Assembly: GCA_964584335.1 (NCBI GenBank)
Contig: CAZOZN010000001.1
Location: forward strand, 293,351 to 357,350
Length of the DNA: 64,000 nt
Source: an uncultured archaeon
GTDB taxonomy: Archaea; Aenigmatarchaeota; Aenigmatarchaeia; PWEA01; JAGHBM01
Direction of reading: 5' to 3'
Shown: in pieces, positions 35,285 through 44,737 of the stretch
How the letters are laid out: each line of letters begins with the position of its first letter
How positions within the stretch are numbered: the first letter of the stretch is position 1
Position numbers and translations under genes: made by a program
The notes under the pieces: model-generated
The model's database searches: none
Told to the model about the DNA's origin: nothing
The model's input: the letters and a program-made list of their open reading frames with translations, nothing else

Positions 35285-36499
35285 ATGAAAAAAGACGGCG
35301 GAGTAAATATAGGTTTGTTCGGTCACGTAGACCATGGAAAAACAACAATAACCGAAGCACTCACGGGAAAGTGGGCTGATGCACACAGCGAGGAAATGAA
35401 AAGAGGCATAACAATAAGGCTCGGTTATGCAGAAACTACTATTTACAAATGCCCGAAATGCGAAGAACCTAACTGTTATTCTACAACTAAAAAATGCCCC
35501 ACATGTTTTGGGGATACAAAGCCTCTCAGGACAATTTCTTTTGTCGACGCGCCTGGACATAACGCACTAATGGCAACAGTATTATCCGGAGCTTCTCTTA
35601 TAGACGGTGCTTTGCTCATAATATCAGCAGATGAAAAATGCCCTCAACCACAAACAGCCGAACACCTGACTACACTGGACATAGTAGGAATAAAAAATAT
35701 AATAATAGTACAGAATAAGATAGACAGGGTAAGCAAGGATGAGGTAATTCAGAACTACAAACAGATTAAAAAATTCGTAAAAGGGACCGTAGCTGAAAAT
35801 TCTCCAATAATTCCAATATCGGCACTGCAAAAAATAAACATAGACGCTTTGCTCAAGTCGATAGAAGAAAACATACCGACACCGGAAAGAGACCTAAAGG
35901 CCGACCCAAAGATGTTCATAGCAAGAAGTTTTGATGTCAATAAACCCGGTAGCGAGATAGAAAAAATTATTGGAGGTATAATGGGCGGATCTCTTACCAA
36001 GGGAAAACTTTCAATAGGAGATAAAATAGAAATAAAACCAGGAGTAAAGATAAAAGACAGTTACATGCCTCTTAAAACAGAAATAACTACACTACAAAAA
36101 TTTGGAAAAAAGCTAAAAGAAGTCGGCCCCGGAGGGCTTATAGCTGTAGGCACAAAGCTAGACCCTTCACTTACAAAAAGCGACTTTCTGACAGGAAATA
36201 TTGCCGGTAAAGAAGGAAAGCTGCCCCCGAACTGGGAAAAATTGACCCTTGAAGTTAATCTACTAAAAAATGTAGTAGGTACTGAAGAGAAAATGGAAGT
36301 AAAAAACATAAATACAAACGAGCCGTTAATGATAACTTCAGGAACAGGAAGAACCGTAGGCCTGGTTACTTCGGGAAGAAAAAAGGAAATTGACTTAAAC
36401 TTAAAGGCTCCGATTTGCGCTGAAAAGGATGATAAAATAGCACTCTTCAGGCAAGTTGGTGGTAGATGGAGACTTATAGGATACGGAATAATAAAATAA
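35285..36499 (+). CDS. eif2g: translation initiation factor aIF2 gamma subunit
   Basis: NIGLFGHVDHGKTT, zinc ribbon CPKC..(17)..CPTC, DAPGH, QNKID, EF-Tu-like domains II/III. Confidence 0.9.
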   Translation: MKKDGGVNIGLFGHVDHGKTTITEALTGKWADAHSEEMKRGITIRLGYAETTIYKCPKCEEPNCYSTTKKCPTCFGDTKPLRTISFVDAPGHNALMATVLSGASLIDGALLIISADEKCPQPQTAEHLTTLDIVGIKNIIIVQNKIDRVSKDEVIQNYKQIKKFVKGTVAENSPIIPISALQKINIDALLKSIEENIPTPERDLKADPKMFIARSFDVNKPGSEIEKIIGGIMGGSLTKGKLSIGDKIEIKPGVKIKDSYMPLKTEITTLQKFGKKLKEVGPGGLIAVGTKLDPSLTKSDFLTGNIAGKEGKLPPNWEKLTLEVNLLKNVVGTEEKMEVKNINTNEPLMITSGTGRTVGLVTSGRKKEIDLNLKAPICAEKDDKIALFRQVGGRWRLIGYGIIK

Positions 36500-37435
36500 C
36501 TACTCTAAAACTTTAACATCATCTACTTTACCGTCGCCATCACGGTCCAGTCCTCTTATAACCGTGTAAAAATCTTTGTTCTTGTTGAACCCCTTGAGAA
36601 CTTTCTTGTACTGTTGTGTAAGAGCAAGTATGCAAGCCTTGGTGCCCTCAAATTTAAGACCTGACAAAAGTATTATTTTTTTGTTCTTGTCCCATGGATT
36701 TGTTATCCTTGCTATAAGTCCATCTGTGTCCCCGCTGTAAGTGCCTTTTTTAGACTTTATGACCCATGATTTTTCCCAATTAAATCTTATTTTCATATTT
36801 TCATTCAAGTCTGAACAAACCATATTGGCAAGCGGACCACCAATTACAACAAGATTTCTTTTATGAGACTCTTCGGCTTTGAACTCCGTATCTAACTTAA
36901 CTATGAAACGGTTGCCGGTAGAACATAATTTACCCAAGAAAAAAGCAAGTTGAGCAGAGTAGTGTCCGTCTCTTGAAGTAGTAAGAAATGGGCCATGTTC
37001 GGTTGGAGAACCGACTACTATGGAACCGTCGAAAAAACCATCTTCAACGAAACCGTAAAAGAAATCCTTTAACCTTGTATCGGAATCAACTTGGTTAAGA
37101 TTTATTTCAGTCTCACCCCCGCTTAACTCAAAACCGAAGGCGCTTGCAGAAGGTGCAAAAAACTTACAGACCGCTCCGTGTCTGCTTTCCTCTCTTACAA
37201 CCTCTATAAGACCCGCATTTAGCATCTTATTGATATGATAGTAAATCTTCTGTTCATGTATTTTGAGTTTTTTGGCCAGTTCATTCGGATACATCGGTTT
37301 TTCATTTAGTCTTCTTATGATATTCCAGGCCATCTTACTTGAAACGGTAGAAAGCTTTTTGGGGCTTTCGAATATTTCTATACTTTTTGAGTAGTGTTTA
37401 CCTTTCTTTTCATCGACCAGTATTTTCTTTGACAT
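36500..37435 (-). CDS. ArsR-type winged-helix regulator with ~200-aa uncharacterised C-terminal domain
   Basis: N-terminal AWNIIRRLNEKPMYPNELAKKLKIHEQKIYYHINKMLNAGLIEV. The C-terminal domain is not recognised. Confidence 0.6.
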   Translation of the reverse strand: MSKKILVDEKKGKHYSKSIEIFESPKKLSTVSSKMAWNIIRRLNEKPMYPNELAKKLKIHEQKIYYHINKMLNAGLIEVVREESRHGAVCKFFAPSASAFGFELSGGETEINLNQVDSDTRLKDFFYGFVEDGFFDGSIVVGSPTEHGPFLTTSRDGHYSAQLAFFLGKLCSTGNRFIVKLDTEFKAEESHKRNLVVIGGPLANMVCSDLNENMKIRFNWEKSWVIKSKKGTYSGDTDGLIARITNPWDKNKKIILLSGLKFEGTKACILALTQQYKKVLKGFNKNKDFYTVIRGLDRDGDGKVDDVKVLE

Positions 37436-37576
37436 AATTAACTCCTAGATTATATTTTGATAATACATATATAAGTGTTTTTATAATAGTAGAATATCCA
37501 TTATAAATAGTTTTTAAATATTAATCTAAATAAAAAAATAAAAAATGCATATTTTAAAAATCAATTAAAATAAAAA

Positions 37577-37583
37577 TTAAATA
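37577..37583 (+). promoter_or_regulatory. TATA-box-like element with leaderless geometry upstream of the MFS transporter
   Basis: ttaaata 29 nt upstream of the ATG, with no SD in between. Confidence 0.25.
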
Positions 37584-37605
37584 CCGTAATAGGCAAAATC
37601 TATAC

Positions 37606-38748
37606 ATGAAAATAAAAGATTACAAAAAATTCACAGAAATATCAGCCGTTTTTCTTTTTGCGACATTTCTTTTCAATCCAATACTTTCACCATACATGAA
37701 AAGCATAGGATTCAGTGAAATTGAAATGAGTGTTCTTTTTTCTTTCCTGCCCCTATCAATGATAATATTCTCTCCTTTAATGGGAAAATTATCGGACCTG
37801 ACAAGCAGAAGGCATGTGATAATCATAGGGATAGTTTTAGAGATAATTGCAATAACCCTGTACATATTCGGTAAATCTGTATTCTTGTTTGGTATTGCAA
37901 GAGTCTTAGATGCCGTAGGTTATTCGACTGTCGTTTTGATTTCCTTGGCAAAGGTGGAGGACAGTATAGGCTCAAAAAAAAGAGGAGAATATACTGGTTG
38001 GACGGAAACGATAAAATTTTCAGGAAAAATAATAGCACCGGTTATAGGAGCCATATTGGCAGACTATTATTTTATAGAAGCGCCTTTCTTCATATCAATC
38101 TTCATACTAATTTTTATGTTTGTTTTTCTTTTCAAGAGAGAAAGATTGCCAAAACTGGCAAAAAAACCATTAAATCCATTGGAAGAGATAAGAGACTTCC
38201 TGCATTACAAAAAACTAAGAGGAATGGCCATATTAGGAATAGTAGTTCACGGAGCACATCCTGGTATAAGCCTTTTTTTGCCTCTTTTCATAGTATATGA
38301 AATGGGTCTTGGGCTGAGTTTGGTTGGAATTTCATTTTTCATACTAGAGTTTATGCATATTTTTCAATTCTGGTTTGGCAAACAATCTGACAGGAAAGGA
38401 GCATGGAAACTCGTAATTTTGGGTTGCATGATAATGAGTCTGGGTATCGGCCTATTATACATCACAAATTCATTCATTACATTAGCTCTATTTCTATTCA
38501 TACAAGGAATAGGAAGGTCAATCTGGAATGTCTCTGCGTGGAGCCTTATGTCAAAAATAGGGGAGGAAAATAAAAGAGAAGGTGAAATAGCTGCTTCGTA
38601 TGCATCTATAGCCAAAATAGGTTCATTTGTAAGTTTTTTAATAAGTGGTGTTTTCGTATCTTACTTCGGCATTAAAAATCTGTTTATGGTAAACAGTATT
38701 TTGATAATTTTGGGTGTTTTTCTCTCTTACTATTATCTTAAAGACTGA
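37606..38748 (+). CDS. MFS transporter
   Basis: About 12 TM segments. MGKLSDLTSRRHVI (loop 2-3 motif) and a second-half GKQSDRKG motif. Confidence 0.8.
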   Translation: MKIKDYKKFTEISAVFLFATFLFNPILSPYMKSIGFSEIEMSVLFSFLPLSMIIFSPLMGKLSDLTSRRHVIIIGIVLEIIAITLYIFGKSVFLFGIARVLDAVGYSTVVLISLAKVEDSIGSKKRGEYTGWTETIKFSGKIIAPVIGAILADYYFIEAPFFISIFILIFMFVFLFKRERLPKLAKKPLNPLEEIRDFLHYKKLRGMAILGIVVHGAHPGISLFLPLFIVYEMGLGLSLVGISFFILEFMHIFQFWFGKQSDRKGAWKLVILGCMIMSLGIGLLYITNSFITLALFLFIQGIGRSIWNVSAWSLMSKIGEENKREGEIAASYASIAKIGSFVSFLISGVFVSYFGIKNLFMVNSILIILGVFLSYYYLKD

Positions 38749-39021
38749 TTCAGAAATAAAGAAAAGTTTAAATACTTAACGGTAGTAACATTATTTACCC
38801 AAACACCACACCCAAATCGAGGCATGCTTGCCGATGAGATTTTTCCCTCTAACTTATTTTATTATAATATATTTTTTACTGCAACTTTCCGGTAGTTTCA
38901 AATTATAATTAAATTTAAAAACCGTTCAATAACGGGTCTTAATTTATTTTAAACTATATTAAACAAAATTACACCACTAGTAAAATATTTTTAATGGTTT
39001 AAGTGCCTTTTTAATCAACAT

Positions 39022-39029
39022 TTTAAATA
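39022..39029 (+). promoter_or_regulatory. TATA-box-like element upstream of glmS
   Basis: tttaaata 41 nt upstream of the ATG at 39063. GGTGGA SD lies in between. Confidence 0.3.
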
Positions 39030-39062
39030 CCTAAAATCTTATTATCAAAAACGGTGGATATA

Positions 39063-40823
39063 ATGTGCGGAATTATCGGCTATTTAGGAGAAAAAAATGC
39101 AGCATCCATAATATTCTCTGGCTTAAGAAAACTTGAATATAGGGGATACGACTCTGCGGGCATCTGCACTGTTGAAAAAAACAAGCTTCATATAAAAAAA
39201 GATGCGGGAAAAATAGACGAGATACAACACAAACTAAATTTAAAGGACCTGCCGGGTTGCACCGGAATAGGTCACACTAGGTGGGCAACTCACGGTAGTG
39301 TCACAAGAGAAAACGCGCATCCCCATACTAACCCAGAGAGAGACTTGGCGATAGTGCATAATGGAATAATAGAAAACTATCAAGACCTTAAAAAATTACT
39401 CAAGGATGAAACAAAGTCAGAAACAGACTCAGAAATAATAGCGCATCTAATAGGAGAAAAAATGAACAGTGGTTTTGATTTTGATGATGCATCAAGAGAA
39501 GTACTAAAAATGTTGGAAGGACATTTTGCCCTGCTAATATTGAACAGAAAAGAAAAAAAAATTATTGCCGCGAGAAGAGGTTCTCCTCTCGTTATAGGTG
39601 TTGGTAAAGGAGAGTATTTTCCTGCTTCGGATATACCGGCATTTCTTGATTATACAAAAAAAGTAGTTTATCTATACGATAATGATTTTGTGGTAATAGA
39701 CAAAGAAGGTATGAATTTTTTCAATCTGGAAAAGGGTAAGGTAAAAAGGAAATTGTCAACGGTTGATTGGGATTCTAAACAGGCAAAAAAAGGAAAGTTT
39801 GAGCATTTTATGATAAAAGAAATAGTGGAACAGACAAAAACTATACAAAAAGCCATAAACCAAAGGGAAGAGGAGATAAAAGAAGTTGTAGATTATATAA
39901 AAAACTCAAGAGGTATTTTTTTCGTTGGCTGTGGGACAGCATATCATGCCTGTCTTACAGGAAGTTATATTTTTTCAAAGGTTGCAAAAAAGCATGTTAA
40001 TGTGGTATCAGGTTCCGAGTTTCCTCATTTTGAGCATTTCTTAACCGACAAAGCTCTAGTTATAGCAGTTTCACAGTCAGGTGAGACTGCAGATGTTTTG
40101 GATGCAGTAAAAACGGCAAGAAAAAAAGGAAGCCGTGTACTGTCAATAGTAAATGTTATGGGTTCATCTCTTACAAGAAATTCAGACAAATTCTTATTGA
40201 CTCAGTCGGGACCAGAAATATGCGTTTTATCAACTAAGGCATATACCGCACAGCTTGCTCTGCTCCTTTTAATAGCATATGCTTGTGCCGGAAAACTTGA
40301 AGAAGGAAGAAAACAATTAAAGAATCTTTATAATCTTGTTTATGACCTTACAGCTGAAAGCAGAAGAAACAAATTAAAAAAGCTTGCAGAGAAATTAAAG
40401 AAAAAAAACCATATGTTCACGATAGGGAGAGGACTTATGTACCCCACGGCACTGGAAGCTGCGTTGAAACTTAAAGAAGTATCTTACATACACACAGAAG
40501 GCTTTGCTGGAGGGGACCTTAAGCACGGACCAATAGCACTGATAGAAAACGGGACACCCTGCATAACATTTGTATCAAAAGAAGGTGAAAAAGAAACATT
40601 GTCAAACGCTATTGAAATAAAAAGCAGGGGCGGTTACATAATAGGGGTTGGCTCTGAAGAAAACAGTATTTTTGATTATTTTATAAAAGTTCCCTATTCA
40701 AACGGGTGTGATCCCATAACACACATAATACCAATACAGATTCTAGCTTACCAGCTTGCTTTATTAAGAGGTTGTGACCCGGACAAACCAAGAAACCTTG
40801 CAAAAAGTGTGACAGTAAAATGA
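39063..40823 (+). CDS. glmS: glutamine--fructose-6-phosphate aminotransferase
   Basis: MCGIIGY (Cys nucleophile directly after Met), GHTRWATHG, two SIS domains (SQSGETADV), C-terminal NLAKSVTV. Confidence 0.9.
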   Translation: MCGIIGYLGEKNAASIIFSGLRKLEYRGYDSAGICTVEKNKLHIKKDAGKIDEIQHKLNLKDLPGCTGIGHTRWATHGSVTRENAHPHTNPERDLAIVHNGIIENYQDLKKLLKDETKSETDSEIIAHLIGEKMNSGFDFDDASREVLKMLEGHFALLILNRKEKKIIAARRGSPLVIGVGKGEYFPASDIPAFLDYTKKVVYLYDNDFVVIDKEGMNFFNLEKGKVKRKLSTVDWDSKQAKKGKFEHFMIKEIVEQTKTIQKAINQREEEIKEVVDYIKNSRGIFFVGCGTAYHACLTGSYIFSKVAKKHVNVVSGSEFPHFEHFLTDKALVIAVSQSGETADVLDAVKTARKKGSRVLSIVNVMGSSLTRNSDKFLLTQSGPEICVLSTKAYTAQLALLLLIAYACAGKLEEGRKQLKNLYNLVYDLTAESRRNKLKKLAEKLKKKNHMFTIGRGLMYPTALEAALKLKEVSYIHTEGFAGGDLKHGPIALIENGTPCITFVSKEGEKETLSNAIEIKSRGGYIIGVGSEENSIFDYFIKVPYSNGCDPITHIIPIQILAYQLALLRGCDPDKPRNLAKSVTVK

Positions 40824-41362
40824 TAATAGAAAGACCATACTTTGATAATTATATTAAAGACCCTTTGGGTGCTTTCAAGAAAAAGGATAAGTTTCTGGGA
40901 AGAAGAAAATACAGACATGGAGAAGTTAGAATAATACATCCTGTAATAATAGAATCTCCTTCATATATAGGACCCGACTGTACAATTGGACCGTTTTCAT
41001 ATATAAGAGAAGGAACTTATCTCGAAGGTAATAATCATATTGGAAACTCAAGCGAGGTAAAAAATTCTATAGTTCTGGAAGGAACGAATCTGCCCCACTT
41101 CAACTATGTTGGAGATTCTATAATAGGAAAAAACTGTAATCTGGGGGCCGGAACAAAGACTGCGAATCTTAGACTTGACGAAAAGGAAGTCAAAATTGGT
41201 AAAAAATATTCTGGACTTAGAAAATTGGGAGTAATAATGGGAGATAATGTAAAAACTGGAATAAATGTTTCCTTGTACCCCGGCGAAATTTTTGAATCAT
41301 ATACTTTTATTTACAATGATATAAGAAAAAACAGAATAGTAAAAAAAGTGGATGAACCATGA
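40820..41362 (+). CDS. left-handed beta-helix (hexapeptide) acetyltransferase, GlmU C-terminal-domain-like
   Basis: Hexapeptide repeats: IGPDCTIGPFSYI, HIGNSSEVKNSIV, HFNYVGDSIIGKNCNLGAGTKTANLR, KLGVIMGDNVKTGIN. ATGA overlaps on both sides. Confidence 0.7.
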   Translation: MIIERPYFDNYIKDPLGAFKKKDKFLGRRKYRHGEVRIIHPVIIESPSYIGPDCTIGPFSYIREGTYLEGNNHIGNSSEVKNSIVLEGTNLPHFNYVGDSIIGKNCNLGAGTKTANLRLDEKEVKIGKKYSGLRKLGVIMGDNVKTGINVSLYPGEIFESYTFIYNDIRKNRIVKKVDEP

Positions 41363-42039
41363 AAGCAGTTATTCTTGCCGGCGGTAAAGGTAGCAGAATG
41401 AAAGAACTTACGGAAAACTTGCCAAAGGCGATGTTGCCAATTCAAGAAAAACCAATGCTCCAGGTTATTATTGAAAATATCCGGGAAGCAGGAATAAAAG
41501 ATTTCGTTGTGCTGGTTTCTTACAAAAAGGAAAAAATTATTAACTATTTCGGTAATGGAGACAAACTTGATGTAAAAATAGAATACGCTTATCAAGAAGA
41601 ACCAAAAGGAACTGCGGATGCCCTGGGTTGTGTCGAAGAACTAATAGAAGACGACTTATTTTTTATGATACATGGCGACGTTATCATAGAAACTGATGAA
41701 ATAAAAGATATTTTGGAAAGAAAAAAGCCATTAATTTGCCTAAAAAAAGTTAATGACCCGAGAAGGTTTGGGGTAGTCGAAATAAAAAACGAGAAAGTTT
41801 CCAGAATAGTTGAGAAATCTGAAAACCCTCCTTCGAACTTAATAAACACGGGTGTTTTCTTATTGCCTAGAGAAATTTTTGATGCGATAAAAGAAACACC
41901 CATTTCCGAGAGAGGCGAATTTGAACTGACAGACTCATTGGAAATAATGATAAATAAGGGAATTGATTTGGGATATCACATACTTGAAGAAACTACAGAT
42001 ATAGGAACAAAGGAAATTTACATAAAAAATAAAGATTAA
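41359..42039 (+). CDS. sugar-1-phosphate nucleotidyltransferase (GlmU N-terminal-domain/RmlA-like)
   Basis: MKAVILAGGKGSRM, LPKAMLPI, GTADAL, EKSENPPSNLINTGVF. Confidence 0.8.
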   Translation: MKAVILAGGKGSRMKELTENLPKAMLPIQEKPMLQVIIENIREAGIKDFVVLVSYKKEKIINYFGNGDKLDVKIEYAYQEEPKGTADALGCVEELIEDDLFFMIHGDVIIETDEIKDILERKKPLICLKKVNDPRRFGVVEIKNEKVSRIVEKSENPPSNLINTGVFLLPREIFDAIKETPISERGEFELTDSLEIMINKGIDLGYHILEETTDIGTKEIYIKNKD

Positions 42040-42063
42040 ATTCTTAACTGTTTTAATATTATT

Positions 42064-42453
42064 ATGGAAACAGGTTTTTGTGCAAATTGTAGTCCGTCTG
42101 AATTTGAAAGATGTATAAAAGATATTGTGGATGAGAATTCGGTATTATACAAAAAGGGAATATGGTCCAGACTTTTTAATCCGTATGAAAATTCATTCGC
42201 AGTGTGGTATAAACAAAAACCAATGATTATAGAAAGAAAGGATGTTTCTATAGACACCTTTCAGCCAGATTTTATGCCAGAATACTCAGGTTTTAGCTGC
42301 GCAATTCAGGCAACTATGGGGTCCGAACAGGAATATGTTCCAAGAACAGAAGTTATTATAAAATACAAGCCACTAAAGGAAAATGATGACACTGTTTTTG
42401 ATTTCATAAAAGAACTGGATAATAAGATACAATCAAGTAAAAACAATTTATAA
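42064..42453 (+). CDS. hypothetical protein (129 aa)
   Basis: ORF only, no motif recognised. Confidence 0.45.
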   Translation: METGFCANCSPSEFERCIKDIVDENSVLYKKGIWSRLFNPYENSFAVWYKQKPMIIERKDVSIDTFQPDFMPEYSGFSCAIQATMGSEQEYVPRTEVIIKYKPLKENDDTVFDFIKELDNKIQSSKNNL

Positions 42454-42473
42454 ATTCTTTTCTTATTCTTATC

Positions 42474-42854
42474 ATGAAGGTAATACTGGATACAAACTTT
42501 TTCATTTTACCGGGAAAATTAAAGATAGACATATTTTCAGAGATAGATAGAATAATAGACGAAAAATATGAAATCGTAACTATCAAACCTGTTATAAACG
42601 AGCTTCGTGGACTTGCGAGAGAAAAAGGCAAGAAAGGCATGCATGCCAAATTAGGTCTCCAGCTTATAGAAAAAAAGAAAGTAAAAATATTAAAAACCAG
42701 GGAAAGAGACGCGGACAAAGCGATTTTAAAGGCATCAGAAAAAGAAGATGATGTGATAGTTGGAACCTTGGACAAAGAACTTAGAAAAAAATTAGAGAAG
42801 TCCAACAAAAAAACAATATATTTAAGAGCGAAAAAATACTTAGTGTTAGGTTGA
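42474..42854 (+). CDS. PIN-domain protein (Fcf1/Utp24-like)
   Basis: MKVILDTNFFI...V.NEL..L...DADKAILKAS...VIVGTLDKELRKKL, the acidic PIN residues and Fcf1-like layout. Confidence 0.7.
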   Translation: MKVILDTNFFILPGKLKIDIFSEIDRIIDEKYEIVTIKPVINELRGLAREKGKKGMHAKLGLQLIEKKKVKILKTRERDADKAILKASEKEDDVIVGTLDKELRKKLEKSNKKTIYLRAKKYLVLG

Positions 42855-42858
42855 TTTT

Positions 42859-43395
42859 ATGAATTCTGTAAACTTGTGGCATGATATAAAGAAAGATAAA
42901 TCATCACCCAAAATAGTAAAGGTTGTAGTAGAAACGCCAATGGGCTCAAGAAACAAATACGAGTACGACAAAAAATACAACTCGATGAAGCTAGATAGAA
43001 TACTTTATTCGCCGGTGCATTATCCCGGTGATTACGGTTTCATACCGAGAACATACGGAGAAGATGGTGACCCCCTGGATGTAATGGTACTGGTAACGGA
43101 ACCGACATATCCTGGGATAATAATGAGAGCAAGACCTGTTGCACTGCTAAGGATGGTAGATGAAAATGTTTACGATGATAAAATAATATGTGTCCCACTA
43201 AATGACCCAAGAAACAAAAAAATAAGGGACAAGAAAGACCTTCCTCCGCATGTTTTAGAGGAAATAGAACACTTTTTTAACGTATATAAACATTTGGAAG
43301 GTAAAAATGTAAACACGAAAGGATGGAAAGATAACAATAAAGCAAGAAAAGTTATCGAACATGCAACAAGGTTATATAAAAGAAAATTCAGCTAA
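42859..43395 (+). CDS. ppa: inorganic pyrophosphatase, family I
   Basis: VVVETPMGSRNKYEYD, YPGDYGFIP.T..EDGDPLDV.VL, DDKII. Confidence 0.9.
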   Translation: MNSVNLWHDIKKDKSSPKIVKVVVETPMGSRNKYEYDKKYNSMKLDRILYSPVHYPGDYGFIPRTYGEDGDPLDVMVLVTEPTYPGIIMRARPVALLRMVDENVYDDKIICVPLNDPRNKKIRDKKDLPPHVLEEIEHFFNVYKHLEGKNVNTKGWKDNNKARKVIEHATRLYKRKFS

Positions 43396-43410
43396 TTAGA
43401 GGGTGTAAGA

Positions 43411-43983
43411 ATGTTTAAGATAATAGAAGTAGAAGACTCTGTAAGAGTGCCACCAGAGAAATTTGGCAAAGACCTTGAAGAGTCTATAGGAGAAAGTGTA
43501 CAGGAAAAATTTGAAGGTGTTTTCACTCCAGACCTTGGAATAGTCTTGAACCTAGACGGAATAAAAGAAGTAGGAGAAGGTAAACTTATACCGGAAGATG
43601 GTGGAGTTTACTATTCAGCCAAGTTCAAACTTCTTGTATACATACCAGAGGAACATGAAATAACAATAGGAGAGGTAGTTGATATAACAGAATTTGGTGC
43701 TTTTGTTAGGATAGGTCCTGTTGATGCAATGACACACATATCCCAAATAATGAATGATTATGTTAGTTATGATAAGAAAAATTCTACCTTAGTGGGTAGA
43801 GACAACAAAAAAACTCTGAAAGAAGGAGACATAGTGAGAGCCAGAGTCATATCAGTTTCATTCACAAAGAACAACAGAGTAGGATTGACAATGAGACAGA
43901 ATCGTTTGGGTGCTCTAAAATGGATGGAAGACGAAAAGAAAAAAGAAGATCAGAAACAAAACAAAGAAGAAAATAAAAAATAG
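43411..43983 (+). CDS. rpoE: RNA polymerase subunit Rpo7 (E') with S1 domain and short KE-rich tail
   Basis: MFKIIEVEDSVRVPPEKFG N-terminal domain. S1 fold GEVVDITEFGAFVRIGPVDAMTHISQ. Ends in EDEKKKEDQKQNKEENKK. Confidence 0.85.
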   Translation: MFKIIEVEDSVRVPPEKFGKDLEESIGESVQEKFEGVFTPDLGIVLNLDGIKEVGEGKLIPEDGGVYYSAKFKLLVYIPEEHEITIGEVVDITEFGAFVRIGPVDAMTHISQIMNDYVSYDKKNSTLVGRDNKKTLKEGDIVRARVISVSFTKNNRVGLTMRQNRLGALKWMEDEKKKEDQKQNKEENKK

Positions 43984-43991
43984 GTGATATT

Positions 43992-44183
43992 ATGGTCAGA
44001 GAAAAAGTATGTTCGGAATGCAAGAGATTTGTAAGGGGTGATATGTGTCCCGCATGCAAGACTTCAAAATTAACCAGAAACTGGAAGGGGTCTGCCATTA
44101 TAATAGACCCGGAAAGTGAAATAGCAGAAACACTTGGAATAGAAGCTCCCGGAAGATATGCAATTTCTATATCTAAATTTTAG
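43992..44183 (+). CDS. spt4: transcription elongation factor Spt4 (RpoE'')
   Basis: CSECKRF..(6)..CPACK zinc ribbon, then WKGSAIIIDPESEIAETLGI. Confidence 0.8.
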   Translation: MVREKVCSECKRFVRGDMCPACKTSKLTRNWKGSAIIIDPESEIAETLGIEAPGRYAISISKF

Positions 44184-44192
44184 GTGATCAAA

Positions 44193-44711
44193 ATGAAAAT
44201 AAAAATTACAGACACTAAGAAAAATCCTTTGATGAAAAGAGAAGAAATTAAAGGAATTATAGAACACGAAGGAATGCCAACTCCTTCAAGAGCATCATTG
44301 CAAAAATACATATCAAAGGAAAATAAAATAGAGCAAAAACATGTCGACATAAGAAAGGTTTTCTCGGCTTCAGGAAGAGAGGACGCCAAGCTCATAGCAT
44401 ATATTTGGAAAGAAAAAGAGGTTCCTATATTAGCAGAAAAGAAATCCGAAGAGTCAAAGAAGGAAGAAACTAAAGAGAAGCCTAAAGAAGAGCCGGACAA
44501 AAAAGAATCTAAAGAAGAAAAGAAACCAGAAAAGGAAGAAAAACCTGAAGAGAAGAAAGAGGAAAAACCTGAAAAAGAGCCTGAAGAAAAGAAAGAAGAA
44601 CCAAAAAAAGAGGAAAAGAAAGAGAAAAAGAATAAAGAAAAAGAAGAACCAAAAAAAGAAACTTCCAAAGAGGACAAGAAAACAGAAAAGAAAGAAGACA
44701 AAAAGAAATAA
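44193..44711 (+). CDS. rps24e: ribosomal protein S24e with ~90-aa Lys/Glu/Pro-rich C-terminal tail
   Basis: NPLMKREEI...PTPSR..L......K......V.I.K....G......AYIW core. ATG at 44193 behind an AGGTGAT SD. Confidence 0.85.
   Translation: MKIKITDTKKNPLMKREEIKGIIEHEGMPTPSRASLQKYISKENKIEQKHVDIRKVFSASGREDAKLIAYIWKEKEVPILAEKKSEESKKEETKEKPKEEPDKKESKEEKKPEKEEKPEEKKEEKPEKEPEEKKEEPKKEEKKEKKNKEKEEPKKETSKEDKKTEKKEDKKK
44475..44698 (+). repeat. KE/P-tail cassette, copy 2 (inside rps24e)
   Basis: ~98% identical to 34955-35181 by hand alignment. Confidence 0.9.
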
Positions 44712-44737
44712 AAAATCTAAAACAATAGGTCTGTTTC

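Noticed and set aside
38749-39062. glmS ribozyme or tRNA/C-D box sRNA in the long spacer before glmS
   Set aside because: I could not find the conserved glmS-ribozyme core, a tRNA cloverleaf or T-loop, or a C box paired with a D box (CUGA) at the right spacing. It is kept only as a low-interest item for an Rfam scan.
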